The translations under genes and the position numbers were made by a program. From Candidatus Kapaibacterium sp. (GTDB taxonomy: Bacteria > Bacteroidota > Ignavibacteria > Kapaibacteriales > UBA2268): a stretch of 64,000 nucleotides of DNA. The notes beneath the pieces were generated by a model. That model saw only the letters and a program-made list of their open reading frames with translations. It searched no databases and was not told where the DNA came from. Every line of letters begins with the position of its first letter. Positions within the stretch are counted from its first letter, which is position 1. The stretch spans positions 2,873,100 through 2,937,099 of the forward strand of contig OY762428.1 of assembly GCA_963665665.1 (NCBI GenBank), in the 5' to 3' direction. Below, piece by piece: positions 1-8,905 of this stretch.

Positions 1-648
1 AGTCACGTATTCACAATCGTCGACGGCATTAACGATCCGGAAATTGCCGTAAATGTGAAATTATATAATGAGGAAGATTATGGCTGGGAGCCTTATGATG
101 AATTTACCGGCGAGATGGACCTGGTATTGACTTCGGGCGGAAGCAGGAATTATGAATTTTCTTATAGCGAGGTTCAGGATATCGGGAATCTGGGAGATCA
201 GGAAGACATCAGGTTGGCTTTCAGATATCGCAATCTTATCGGGGTTATATCCGATACGCCCCTGGATGATGTGATTGCAACATTCAATGAGATAAACAAT
301 ATAACAACCGTAAACATGCGTTTCGAGGGTAAATTCAATGAAGAAGAGAAGAAAAACCATTCATCCGATAATACAATCCGAAGCCGTTCGGAAGAACAAA
401 TGGACGACGACGAATTGGACGATGCATTAGAGGAATACGACGATTTCGTTATGAGCTATATTGAACTGATAAAAAAGGTGAATAACAACGATATGACAGC
501 CTTGGCTGAATACCCGGCGATGATGCAGAAGGCTCAGTCCGCCCAGGAGAAAATGAATAAATTGCAGGGACAGATGACCCCTGCCCAGCTCGGCAAATTT
601 ATGAAACTACAGGCGAAATACCTCGAGGCAATGCAGGATATGGAGTGA
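1..648 (+). CDS. hypothetical protein, 5' end outside window
   Basis: Frame 1 has no stop from nt 1 to the listed GTG at 55, so the CDS enters from the left edge; stop TGA at 646-648. Acidic linker (DDDELDD) followed by a helical C-terminal domain. No confident family call. Confidence 0.5.
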   Translation, partial: SHVFTIVDGINDPEIAVNVKLYNEEDYGWEPYDEFTGEMDLVLTSGGSRNYEFSYSEVQDIGNLGDQEDIRLAFRYRNLIGVISDTPLDDVIATFNEINNITTVNMRFEGKFNEEEKKNHSSDNTIRSRSEEQMDDDELDDALEEYDDFVMSYIELIKKVNNNDMTALAEYPAMMQKAQSAQEKMNKLQGQMTPAQLGKFMKLQAKYLEAMQDME

Positions 649-732
649 AAAGGAATTCTTTGTTAGAAATATCAGAAAATTTTCGTATTTTATACCAAAT
701 CATTGAAAAATTAATTCGGAAAATCATCTGAT

Positions 733-1803
733 ATGATTGTTAAGGAGAAGACCTTTCAGAAGGTTTTGGTATTGAATCCGATGCTGATCGCAAAAACGAT
801 CGGATGTGACGAGAAAAAATTAAGAGTGCTAAGCGTTGAATATGCTTATGCTCATCATATTGAAAATATTAGTTCGAGGTTTGATATCGTCATTCGTATC
901 GATAATAAAGATGATTTCCGGGATATTTATCTTGAGCTGAAAACCCTTGACAGCAGTAGTTCGATTGGACAAATCGAAAAATATTACGAGATAGTGACTT
1001 TTGATAAATACCATCAACTGTCTGATAATAAAAGGGAACTGCATTTCATGGTTCTGGAAAGCGAGTATGGTTATCCTTCTTTAGCGGGATACCTGGAAAA
1101 ATTCAACAGGACTATCAGTGAAAATATCAATCTTTATGTTGTTCGAAAGGATGACTTTATCAAATACCTCGGAAACGATTCGAAGGGATTTGAAATGAAA
1201 AACAGAATACAAGATTACAAGCTAAGCGATATAAATGTTGAAACTGTAAACAGGTTTATTGAAGGGGAATATAACGAGGAATACCTGCTGAACTTTATTA
1301 ATTATCTCAGCCCGAGGTACGGCGCTGAAAACAGCGGGAAGCGTTATAACAATGCCGCTGATTTCTTTTACCGGGTTTTTGAAACAGTTTGTTCCGGATT
1401 CGAATATTACGATGATATTAAGATTGGAGAAAATAAAATCCTGAAAAACGGAAATTCCCGGACGATAAATTTCAGGTATAAGAACAGGACTGTTCTGTCC
1501 TTGTTTGCCAATAATTATCCCTTACAGTTCAAACTATTCTTACGTGATGGTTTTGATAAGGGCCTGCAATTAATGATTGAGTACCTTGAAAGCAACTCTG
1601 ATATAATTCTTAAAGACGTTAGGAACAACCATGAAGGCTGGAGCAGGGACAACAGAATGATTTTCAAAGCATTTCCGGCAAAAGGAAAAAAGCAGCTTTT
1701 CCTGCCGCTTGATAAATGGTATGAGGAAAAACAAAGCAATATAGATTCTTTAGTTGTTACTTTAAATTACATTTTTAAAACAATATTGGATGGAGGAGAA
1801 TAA
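733..1803 (+). CDS. hypothetical protein with RecB/Cas4-like PD-(D/E)xK nuclease-fold motifs
   Basis: 356-aa ORF. Motif string FDIVIRID ... IYLELK ... GQIEKYY fits D / ExK / QxxxY. Its stop overlaps the next start (TAATG at 1801-1805). Fold call is by eye only. Confidence 0.4.
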   Translation: MIVKEKTFQKVLVLNPMLIAKTIGCDEKKLRVLSVEYAYAHHIENISSRFDIVIRIDNKDDFRDIYLELKTLDSSSSIGQIEKYYEIVTFDKYHQLSDNKRELHFMVLESEYGYPSLAGYLEKFNRTISENINLYVVRKDDFIKYLGNDSKGFEMKNRIQDYKLSDINVETVNRFIEGEYNEEYLLNFINYLSPRYGAENSGKRYNNAADFFYRVFETVCSGFEYYDDIKIGENKILKNGNSRTINFRYKNRTVLSLFANNYPLQFKLFLRDGFDKGLQLMIEYLESNSDIILKDVRNNHEGWSRDNRMIFKAFPAKGKKQLFLPLDKWYEEKQSNIDSLVVTLNYIFKTILDGGE

Positions 1804-2855
1804 TGAAGGATGTTAGTTCACAAGCAAACAAAGTAGCTGAAATACTCGACAAGTTTTATGAAAAATCTGTAAACGGATATTCTAAAATGAAATCGGCAAA
1901 GGATTTAGCTTCTTCCTATTCCGATAAGAAACTAACTCAAAATGCTGCTATTGATTCATTAATCAAATGGCAGGTATCAAAAACTGCAACATCAGGTTTT
2001 GTAACAAGTTTGGGCGGGTTTGCAACTATGCCGATAACCCTGCCAAGTAATATTGCTATTCTGCTTTTTCAGCAAATGCGTATGACGGCGGCTATCGCGC
2101 ATATCAGGGGATATGATATTAATGATCCGGGAACAAAAAGCCTTGTGTATTTAACTCTTACCGGAAATAAAATGAGCGGTATTGTAAATGACTTAGGCTT
2201 GGATATAGAGATAATAAAAAAATCAGCAATAAAAGCTACTAAAGATGTTGCTAAGAAAGTATTAACAGACGAAGTAATTGAGAAAATCACCAAATTGATA
2301 GCACGTAAAGTATCCGAAAGGATTGCCGTAAAAAGCTCGAAATACATTGTTAAACTGGTACCTGTAGCAGGTGGTATAGTCGGGGGTACTTTCGATAGTG
2401 TTCAAACTTTAGCAGTAGCAAAAAAAGCCAAAGAAGTATTCAGCCAGCCGGAAATTGATAACAGCGATAATACAGCTACTCGGGAATCATCCAAAGTTGA
2501 TGATGCTATTGATCTTGAAACAAATAAACTGAATATATATATTAATTTGATCAAAGCAGACGGAAGAATTGACAGAAAAGAGATGGAACTGTTTGATGAT
2601 GCTATTCAAAACTCTTTACTGGATGATTCCTCGAAAGATTTACTTTATAAAAATATTATGAATGATTCCTTTATTCCTGTCAATTATGAATTTATTAAGA
2701 AGCATCCCGCTTCAATACCAGGTATATTATATGATCTTCTTGATTTGGCAAAAGTTGACGGAACTATTCACGACAAAGAAATAGAATACATCCGCGAAGT
2801 AGCCCATAAATTAGATGTTGGCGATGCTTTCATTAATGATTTGTTGGATATTTAA
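1803..2855 (+). CDS. EcsC-family domain fused to two TerB-like domains
   Basis: The N-terminal half (KWQVSKTATSGFVTSLGGFATMPITLPSNI..) resembles the EcsC family as I recall it. The C-terminal half has two TerB-type repeats (KADGRIDRKEMELFDDAI; KVDGTIHDKEIEYIREVA). Confidence 0.6.
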   Translation: MKDVSSQANKVAEILDKFYEKSVNGYSKMKSAKDLASSYSDKKLTQNAAIDSLIKWQVSKTATSGFVTSLGGFATMPITLPSNIAILLFQQMRMTAAIAHIRGYDINDPGTKSLVYLTLTGNKMSGIVNDLGLDIEIIKKSAIKATKDVAKKVLTDEVIEKITKLIARKVSERIAVKSSKYIVKLVPVAGGIVGGTFDSVQTLAVAKKAKEVFSQPEIDNSDNTATRESSKVDDAIDLETNKLNIYINLIKADGRIDRKEMELFDDAIQNSLLDDSSKDLLYKNIMNDSFIPVNYEFIKKHPASIPGILYDLLDLAKVDGTIHDKEIEYIREVAHKLDVGDAFINDLLDI

Positions 2856-2871
2856 ATTGTAAATTAACCTG

Positions 2872-2900
2872 CCCCTGCCGGAACAAATCTCCGGCAGGGG
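2872..2900 (+). terminator. stem-loop after the EcsC/TerB gene
   Basis: CCCCTGCCGGA-acaaatc-TCCGGCAGGGG, a perfect 11-bp stem 17 nt after the stop. The T tract is weak. Confidence 0.55.
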
Positions 2901-3182
2901 TAAATTATGGAATAGGTTATTAATTATTAGATTTCGACGCAATCTAAAATGTTTTTGAAAATTTGCTGCCAAAAAAAATCAAATTCTAAATTGTAATTGC
3001 CTGAGCTTTGAAAATCGAGTTTAAGGATATTACAAATAAAAAAAAATTGGGCTGCAAGAGAATTTTTAATTAGATTGAATTTTAGCTGCCGGGGCTGAGA
3101 GCTTTTACACGAAACTACCAGTGAATATGAGCGAATTTAACAAACCGGATAATAAAATTCCAACATTAATTTTGGATTGTAA

Positions 3183-3713
3183 ATGAGTAAAGATATTGAA
3201 AAACTATCAAATGATTTTGTAAGTGAAGTTAGAAATATTATCGGGAATGCACGTATTTCTGCTGTTCGGAGTGTTGAATTTCACCGGGTTGAAATGTACT
3301 GGAAACTTGGTGAACGTATTTTTAATGAAGAACAGAAAGGTAAAGAAAGAGCTGATTATGGCTCTTATTTAATAAAAAATCTTTCTAAAGAACTTGTTCC
3401 TGAATTCGGAAGTGGTTTTTCAATCCGACAATTACACTGGTGTCGTCAATTGTACAGAGAATATCCAAAAGTGTACGCACTGCGTACACAATTAAATTGG
3501 ACTCAGTACCGTATTCTTATATCCATTAATGACAAGGATAAAAGAGAATATTACGAGTTAGAAGCTGTTAAGAACGCATGGACAGCAAGAGAATTAGAAA
3601 GGCAGGTAAACTCCGGATTATACGAGCGATTGCTATTAAGTAATGATAAAAAATCCGTACTTGATGTTGCACGAAATATTAGAATTCCAGAATCTGCTCT
3701 TGAGATTGTATAG
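3183..3713 (+). pseudogene. truncated DUF1016/YhcG-family gene (N-terminal half only)
   Basis: 176 aa with the typical N-terminal region (VEFHRVEMYWKLGERI..GFSIRQLHWCRQLY). The ORF stops where the C-terminal PD-(D/E)xK nuclease half of full-length (about 340-370 aa) members would begin. Confidence 0.6.
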
Positions 3714-3872
3714 CCTCAGATGAATATAAACAAAACGGCATAAATATCTTATTTTAGTAAAAATTATTTTTCCCTATTCAAGTCATTCAATGGCAAATGT
3801 TGGCTTCAGGTGTATTGGGTTAGCTATTCATACAAGTTGTTTCTGATGAAGGCGTATAATTTTATTTCTCCC

Positions 3873-4070
3873 TCACTCGTCCCTTACGCGTCTAACAGCA
3901 TCAAATGCCCGTTTTCGGGCTGCGCCAATACATTTCTGGAGCTGGTGCGGTGTAATCTTCATTACTTCCTCGGGCAGGAGTCCTTTTTTCGGGGAACTGA
4001 TGATGAAAGTCCTCCTGCCTGTGTGGGAACTGATGTTTTTGTTAAGGATGATAAAACTATCAACGAGCGC
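3873..4070 (-). pseudogene. tyrosine recombinase C-terminal remnant
   Basis: My own translation of the minus strand gives ALVDSFIILNKNISSHTGRRTFIISSPKKGLLPEEVMKITPHQLQKCIGAARKRAFDAVRRVRDE*. It contains the integrase-type HxxRRTF box. There is no start codon and a stop lies immediately upstream. It is not in the ORF track. Confidence 0.5.
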
Positions 4071-4120
4071 TTACTGAAAAATTTGCTTCTCATATATGGC
4101 CTGTCAGTATCATTAACACA

Positions 4121-5041
4121 TTAAGCGACTTTTTCAAAAACAATTCTGTAATGCTCGAATATCTCCTTCTCAAAGAGCATTTTATTCCCGTCGATTTTCG
4201 TGAGTTGGTACCATTCCCTGAATGCGCTGTTAGTAAATAATCTCGGCAACAAGGAGATATATAGAAGAAGCTTTCTTGCCGACAATTTCCCAAATGCAGC
4301 GGTCCACCTGTTAATTGTTTCGATATAGTCCAACCTGCCACTCTCTACCGAGATCAGCTTGAAATGTTTCCCGGCCGGATCTATGAGACCTTCTTTTCCG
4401 TATGGCAACCACGACCCCGGGAATTTACGGCAAATGATGTCCATGAGTTCCTCGTCACTGAACTCCGTTTTAGTCAGGTCAGTTTTCCCAAATGGGATGT
4501 TCTCGAATTCGACCATATTGGGGCCGAACACCATCGACTGACAGTAGAATCGACCGCCCACGGGCAGTAGACTTGCAACCTGATCAAAATATTTTCTGTA
4601 GATATCTTCCTGTTGTCCGGCCTTGTACTGCTCCACTGAGCATAAGTGTTCCGGGCTTCCCATGGCGGTTACAGCGTCGAAGGTGCCAAAAGTGTCCGGA
4701 CGGATATCTTTTGAATCCATGTGTTTCACATTCAAACCATTTTTAATACAAGCGTCTGCCTGGCCCTTTGCCAATACAACACCGTATGGCTTGGCGCCAA
4801 TGCTGTTCAAGTAGTTCAAAAAGGCACCCCAACCGCAGCCCATGTCTAAAACCTTGCTCCCTTTGTTGATTTTGCAGCTTTCAACAATATAGCGGTGCTT
4901 TCTATCCTGAGCTTCTTCAATTGTCATCGAAAAATCGCCATCGAACTTCGCTCCGCTGTAAGCTCCCTTTTCACCAAGGCTTAAGCGAAAAATCTTGTCC
5001 ATTATTGTGTAGTGGGCATCTAAATCTTTTTGGTTTGCCAT
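4121..5041 (-). CDS. class I SAM-dependent methyltransferase, cyclopropane-fatty-acyl-phospholipid-synthase-like
   Basis: SAM motif I VLDMGCGWGAF and overall CMAS-like layout, 306 aa. Confidence 0.8.
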   Translation of the reverse strand: MANQKDLDAHYTIMDKIFRLSLGEKGAYSGAKFDGDFSMTIEEAQDRKHRYIVESCKINKGSKVLDMGCGWGAFLNYLNSIGAKPYGVVLAKGQADACIKNGLNVKHMDSKDIRPDTFGTFDAVTAMGSPEHLCSVEQYKAGQQEDIYRKYFDQVASLLPVGGRFYCQSMVFGPNMVEFENIPFGKTDLTKTEFSDEELMDIICRKFPGSWLPYGKEGLIDPAGKHFKLISVESGRLDYIETINRWTAAFGKLSARKLLLYISLLPRLFTNSAFREWYQLTKIDGNKMLFEKEIFEHYRIVFEKVA

Positions 5042-5353
5042 GATATTCTCTCCCTAAAAAAATATGAGCATTATCGTAATTCTATAATTTTTTAAATTTA
5101 TATTTTGCTGAGAACAATTCCCTGAATAGTATATCTATTTATAAAGATAGATGGTTTTTATAAAATATGCAACAATTTTTTTTGTAAATATTTACACTTC
5201 TCTACTATTTAGATATCACTAAAAACTGATCAATATGCAACATACAATAGTGCAACGTGACGGCGAAAGCCTCAATTACCATTGTTGTTTAATGGTTTAT
5301 CAGCCGTTGAGACTTTAAATATTTTGTTTTCTGAATCTGTGTAAGTCTGGTTT

Positions 5354-5935
5354 TTAATCAAACTTTCTTCGAAGTTCAATTGCTTCGGATAGCATTCCCA
5401 GATATAATCCCTTGGGAATTTCCACTGCTCCAAGGTTTTCTGTGTGGCGGTTCAGGTATTGGGAATCTAGGAGAACAAAACGTCTTGATTTTAGCCTTTC
5501 GATAAGAAAATAGAAAGCTGCTTTTGATGAATCCGTTGTTTTCATGAACATAGACTCTCCGAAAAATGCTCCTCCGATTGCCACACCGTATAATCCGCCA
5601 ACAAGCTTTCCGTTACTTCTGGTTTCAACCGAATGGGCGTAACCCTGTTTATGAAGATCGCGGTAAAGTTCAATAACGTTCTCTGAAATCCAGGTATCCT
5701 CACGGTCGGAGCAGGCTTCGATAACTTTAGTAAAATCATTGTTCACTGTAAAGGTGAAATTATTCTTCCGGATAGATTGACGTAAGGAACGAGGTATTTT
5801 TAGGGCAGTGAACGGGAATATAGCTCTCGGGTCGGGGCTATGCCAATATATGTCCCCATCCTTTGATTCTGCCATTGGAAAGAATCCGATTTTGTATGCG
5901 TATATCAGTTCGTCAATTGTTATTGTGTCGTTCAA
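5354..5935 (-). CDS. aat: leucyl/phenylalanyl-tRNA--protein transferase
   Basis: 193 aa. Contains YAYKIGFFPMAE..YWHSPDPRAIFP.. and GKLVGGLYGVAIGGAFFGESMF, characteristic of Aat. Confidence 0.9.
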   Translation of the reverse strand: MNDTITIDELIYAYKIGFFPMAESKDGDIYWHSPDPRAIFPFTALKIPRSLRQSIRKNNFTFTVNNDFTKVIEACSDREDTWISENVIELYRDLHKQGYAHSVETRSNGKLVGGLYGVAIGGAFFGESMFMKTTDSSKAAFYFLIERLKSRRFVLLDSQYLNRHTENLGAVEIPKGLYLGMLSEAIELRRKFD

Positions 5936-6040
5936 TTTGCCTGTCTATATTGTTTATTCACCTATGAAAGATAACAATCTTTTTAATTATTAAAATTTTT
6001 TTTTTCATATTTTTCAATACCAGCTTTTCAACTTCATCTG

Positions 6041-6667
6041 CTATTCCATATTTTTCAGGGCTTCAGGGTATTCTTTAAATAAATCCTGCATCTCTTCCTG
6101 CGATTTGAAATAAAACTCAGGGCTCCCGAGCTTCAAATCTGTTATATCGATACTGGCAGATTTAATTTTACGATTTTGGCGGGCCAGCATCATTACATTA
6201 TGTGCAATGGCGTCTTCTTTATTAATGTAAAATGATTCATTAGCAGCAACAAGGCTTATATCAAAATCCCCGGCCAGTTTGATTATCGATTCTTTTAGCT
6301 GTTTGTTAAAAGACAGCTTATGATCCTGAATAGAAAGATAAAAATCTTCTCCGAACAGTAGTTTATAGTAGCGGGCTTCCTCGCCGGCCTGGCTGAAATT
6401 ATCATTTAGCAGGTGATAATTGATAACGCTGTCATATCCTCCGGAAAAAGCAATGATGCCATCGTGATATTTTAACAGATCATCCTTTGTAACTGTTGAC
6501 TTGTAATTGTTTCCCCCTCCTTTGCCCACAGAAGCAATTTTGATAAGATTTTTATAACCTGTCTTGTCTTTTGCCAGGAGTACAAGTTTTAACGCTTCGC
6601 ACTCTTTGTTTTCATTCTCCTGAGTATAAACATAAGTCTCGATGCCGATTATTGGTTTAAGTGGCAA
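6041..6667 (-). pseudogene. DNA polymerase III alpha (DnaE) PHP-domain fragment
   Basis: LKPIIGIETYV .. LVLLAKDKTGYKNLIKIAS .. FYLSIQDH .. VAANESFYINKEDAIAHNVMM .. SQEEMQDLFKEYPEALKN is colinear by eye with roughly residues 60-290 of E. coli DnaE. The first ~60 aa and everything after the PHP domain are missing. Confidence 0.7.
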
Positions 6668-7019
6668 TAAATTAGGTATAATACCGGAATGGATTCGTGA
6701 AATGACTTTCTTATATGGACTTGATCTGTCTGATAATCATATTGAGATAATCCCCGATTGCCTGAGTTATTGTGAAAATTTGGAATCGTTGTTTTTATCC
6801 AATAATAAAATTGTTACGATACCGGACTGGATTGGTGACTTCGAAAATTTGGAATCGTTATGGTTGTCGAACAACAAAATTGAGAAACTGCCTCCTTCAT
6901 TGTTTAAACTTAAGGAACTGAAAGAATTATATATTGACGGAAACAATATCAGTAAAGAAGATTTAAAAGCAGCGGAAAAGAATTTTCCCAAGCTATACAA
7001 TCCATTGAATTCAAATTGA
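6642..7019 (+). CDS. leucine-rich repeat protein (short, possibly a fragment)
   Basis: Tandem LRR units LDLSDNHIEIIPD / LESLFLSNNKIVTIPD / LESLWLSNNKIEKLPP / LKELYIDGNNI. A stop codon lies directly upstream of the ATG. Confidence 0.6.
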   Translation: MPIIGLSGNKLGIIPEWIREMTFLYGLDLSDNHIEIIPDCLSYCENLESLFLSNNKIVTIPDWIGDFENLESLWLSNNKIEKLPPSLFKLKELKELYIDGNNISKEDLKAAEKNFPKLYNPLNSN

Positions 7020-7042
7020 CAGGAGCCCTAAAATGCCAGCAC
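7020..7042 (+). repeat. 23-bp direct repeat, left copy
   Basis: CAGGAGCCCTAAAATGCCAGCAC, identical to 8781-8803. Confidence 0.9.
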
Positions 7043-7275
7043 CAGACCTTATAAAAATTGATCTTTATCTTTTGTCCTGGGGTAAAAAATTACTATTTCG
7101 GACGATATAAATTCAATTCTGCTGATCCGTATTTCTTGTTGAATAAGAATGATGGCTGTTTTTTTTATTTAGGTATCAGGTATGGACTTTTGAACTATAT
7201 TAAACAAAGGAAATAAAATTAAAATTCTTATATTACAGCAAATTAATAATTGGAGTATTATCAATTCTAAATCTT

Positions 7276-8625
7276 ATGCCTGAAAATCAAAACATAGAAT
7301 GGAAAAAATCCTGGAAAGATGAATATCTGAAATGGATTTGCGGCTTTGCAAATGCTGAAGGCGGGAAATTATACATTGGGAAAAATGATAACGGTGAAAT
7401 TTCCGGCCTGGAAAATTCCAAAAAGCTTTTGCAAGATATACCGAATAAGATCAGGGATATTTTAGGTATCGTGGTTGAAGTGAATCTTATTAAAGAAAAC
7501 GAAAAGGAATATTTGGAGATCATTGTTGATAAATACCCGTTCCCGGTTAGCTATAAAGGACAATATCATTTCAGGAGCGGTTCAACTAAGCAGGAGCTTA
7601 AGGGTGCGGCTCTGGATAAATTCCTTTTGAAAAAAACAGGTAAACGCTGGGACAGCGTTCCGATGCACGATATTGAAATTTCGGATTTCAGTAATGATAC
7701 GATTGAACGATATAAAAATATGGCTTTTGATAGTAGAAGGTCCCAAAAAGAGATATTAACCAACAGTAAAGAATTACTGCTGGAAAACCTAAATCTGCTT
7801 GATGGCCTGTATTACAAAAGGGCGGCTGTGCTTTTATTCCATAAAAATCCAGAAAAATATTTTACAGGAACCAGCATCAAGATCGGTTTTTTCCGGACTG
7901 TTGATGATCTGATTTACCAGGATATTGTTTCCGGAAATTTATTTGACCAGGCAGAGAATGCTTTGGATCTGCTATTGACAAAATATCTAAAAGCATATAT
8001 AAGCTACAATGGTATTAACAGAGTTGAAAAATTCCCTTATCCTGTGGAGGCGCTAAGGGAAGCTTTGCTGAATGCGATTGTCCATAAAGATTATGCCACG
8101 GGAACACCAATTCAAATAAGGGTTTATGACAATAGAATCGTATTTTGGAATGATGGCACTTTACCTGAAGGATGGGATGTCGATCAGCTGTTAAATGAGC
8201 ACCCTTCAAAACCTTTCAATCCTGATATTGCAAATGCCTTCTTCCGTGCCGGGCTTGTGGAATCCTGGGGCAGGGGCATAAAGAAGATCAGAAAGGAATG
8301 CCTTGAATACGGTCTTCCTGAACCGCGTTTCAGATATGATGTCTCAGGGCTTTGGGTGGAATTGATACTAAACAGTGCCGGTTCGGATAAGGGTTCGGAT
8401 AAGGGTTCGGATAAGGGTTCGGATAAGGGTTCGGATAAGACATCTGATAAAGTTCTTCAATTGATGATGGAAAATGACATTATTACTATATCTGAACTTG
8501 CTAATAGTTTAAAATTATCTACTAGAACGATTGAAAAACACATATCAAGATTGAAGGATCAAGGACTTCTAAAAAGGATTGGTTCAAAGAAATTCGGCAA
8601 GTGGAAAGTTGATATCGATAAGTGA
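7276..8625 (+). CDS. AlbA_2/Schlafen-type DNA-binding domain protein with HATPase-like domain and C-terminal wHTH (often annotated RecG-like or transcriptional regulator)
   Basis: NIEWKKSWKDEYLKWICGFANAEGGKLYIG (AlbA_2), REALLNAIVHKDY..SWGRGIKKI (HATPase_c_4-like), and a C-terminal ISELANSLKLSTRTIEKHISRLKDQGLLKRIG wHTH. Confidence 0.8.
   Translation: MPENQNIEWKKSWKDEYLKWICGFANAEGGKLYIGKNDNGEISGLENSKKLLQDIPNKIRDILGIVVEVNLIKENEKEYLEIIVDKYPFPVSYKGQYHFRSGSTKQELKGAALDKFLLKKTGKRWDSVPMHDIEISDFSNDTIERYKNMAFDSRRSQKEILTNSKELLLENLNLLDGLYYKRAAVLLFHKNPEKYFTGTSIKIGFFRTVDDLIYQDIVSGNLFDQAENALDLLLTKYLKAYISYNGINRVEKFPYPVEALREALLNAIVHKDYATGTPIQIRVYDNRIVFWNDGTLPEGWDVDQLLNEHPSKPFNPDIANAFFRAGLVESWGRGIKKIRKECLEYGLPEPRFRYDVSGLWVELILNSAGSDKGSDKGSDKGSDKGSDKTSDKVLQLMMENDIITISELANSLKLSTRTIEKHISRLKDQGLLKRIGSKKFGKWKVDIDK
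8380..8439 (+). repeat. 5 perfect copies of GGTTCGGATAAG (encodes GSDK x5)
   Basis: A read-through tandem 12-mer inside the linker before the wHTH. A sixth, degenerate unit lies at 8440-8451. Confidence 0.95.
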
Positions 8626-8640
8626 AAACGTCTGTATAAA

Positions 8641-8723
8641 TTTCGGATAAATTTCGGATATTTCGGATAAATGGCGGTAATGTTCGGTAAATGTCCGATA
8701 AACATAATAAATGTCCGATAAAA
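8641..8723 (+). repeat. non-coding array of about 8 phased TTCGGATAA-like motifs
   Basis: tttcggataaa tttcggata tttcggataaa tggcggtaa tgttcggtaaa tgtccgataaa cataataaa tgtccgataaaa. Spacing is 9-11 bp and the array begins 16 nt after the stop of 7276..8625. Confidence 0.85.
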
Positions 8724-8780
8724 TTTTAAAAAAAGTAATAGATGAATTAATTGTATAATTTTAATGTACGACAAAACAAG

Positions 8781-8803
8781 CAGGAGCCCTAAAATGCCAG
8801 CAC
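8781..8803 (+). repeat. 23-bp direct repeat, right copy
   Basis: Identical to 7020-7042. Confidence 0.9.
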
Positions 8804-8905
8804 TGGAAAGAGCAATAGGAATAGCCGAGCAGGCGGATAATGCGATAGAATTGTGAAACAGCAGTAAGCCTTTTACATATTAATGATTAAAACAATAATC
8901 ATCTC

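Noticed and set aside
3810-4124. A 104-aa plus-strand ORF in the spacer before the methyltransferase gene.
   Set aside because: It has no recognisable motif. The opposite strand of the same stretch carries the integrase-type HxxRRTF remnant, which explains the open frame better.
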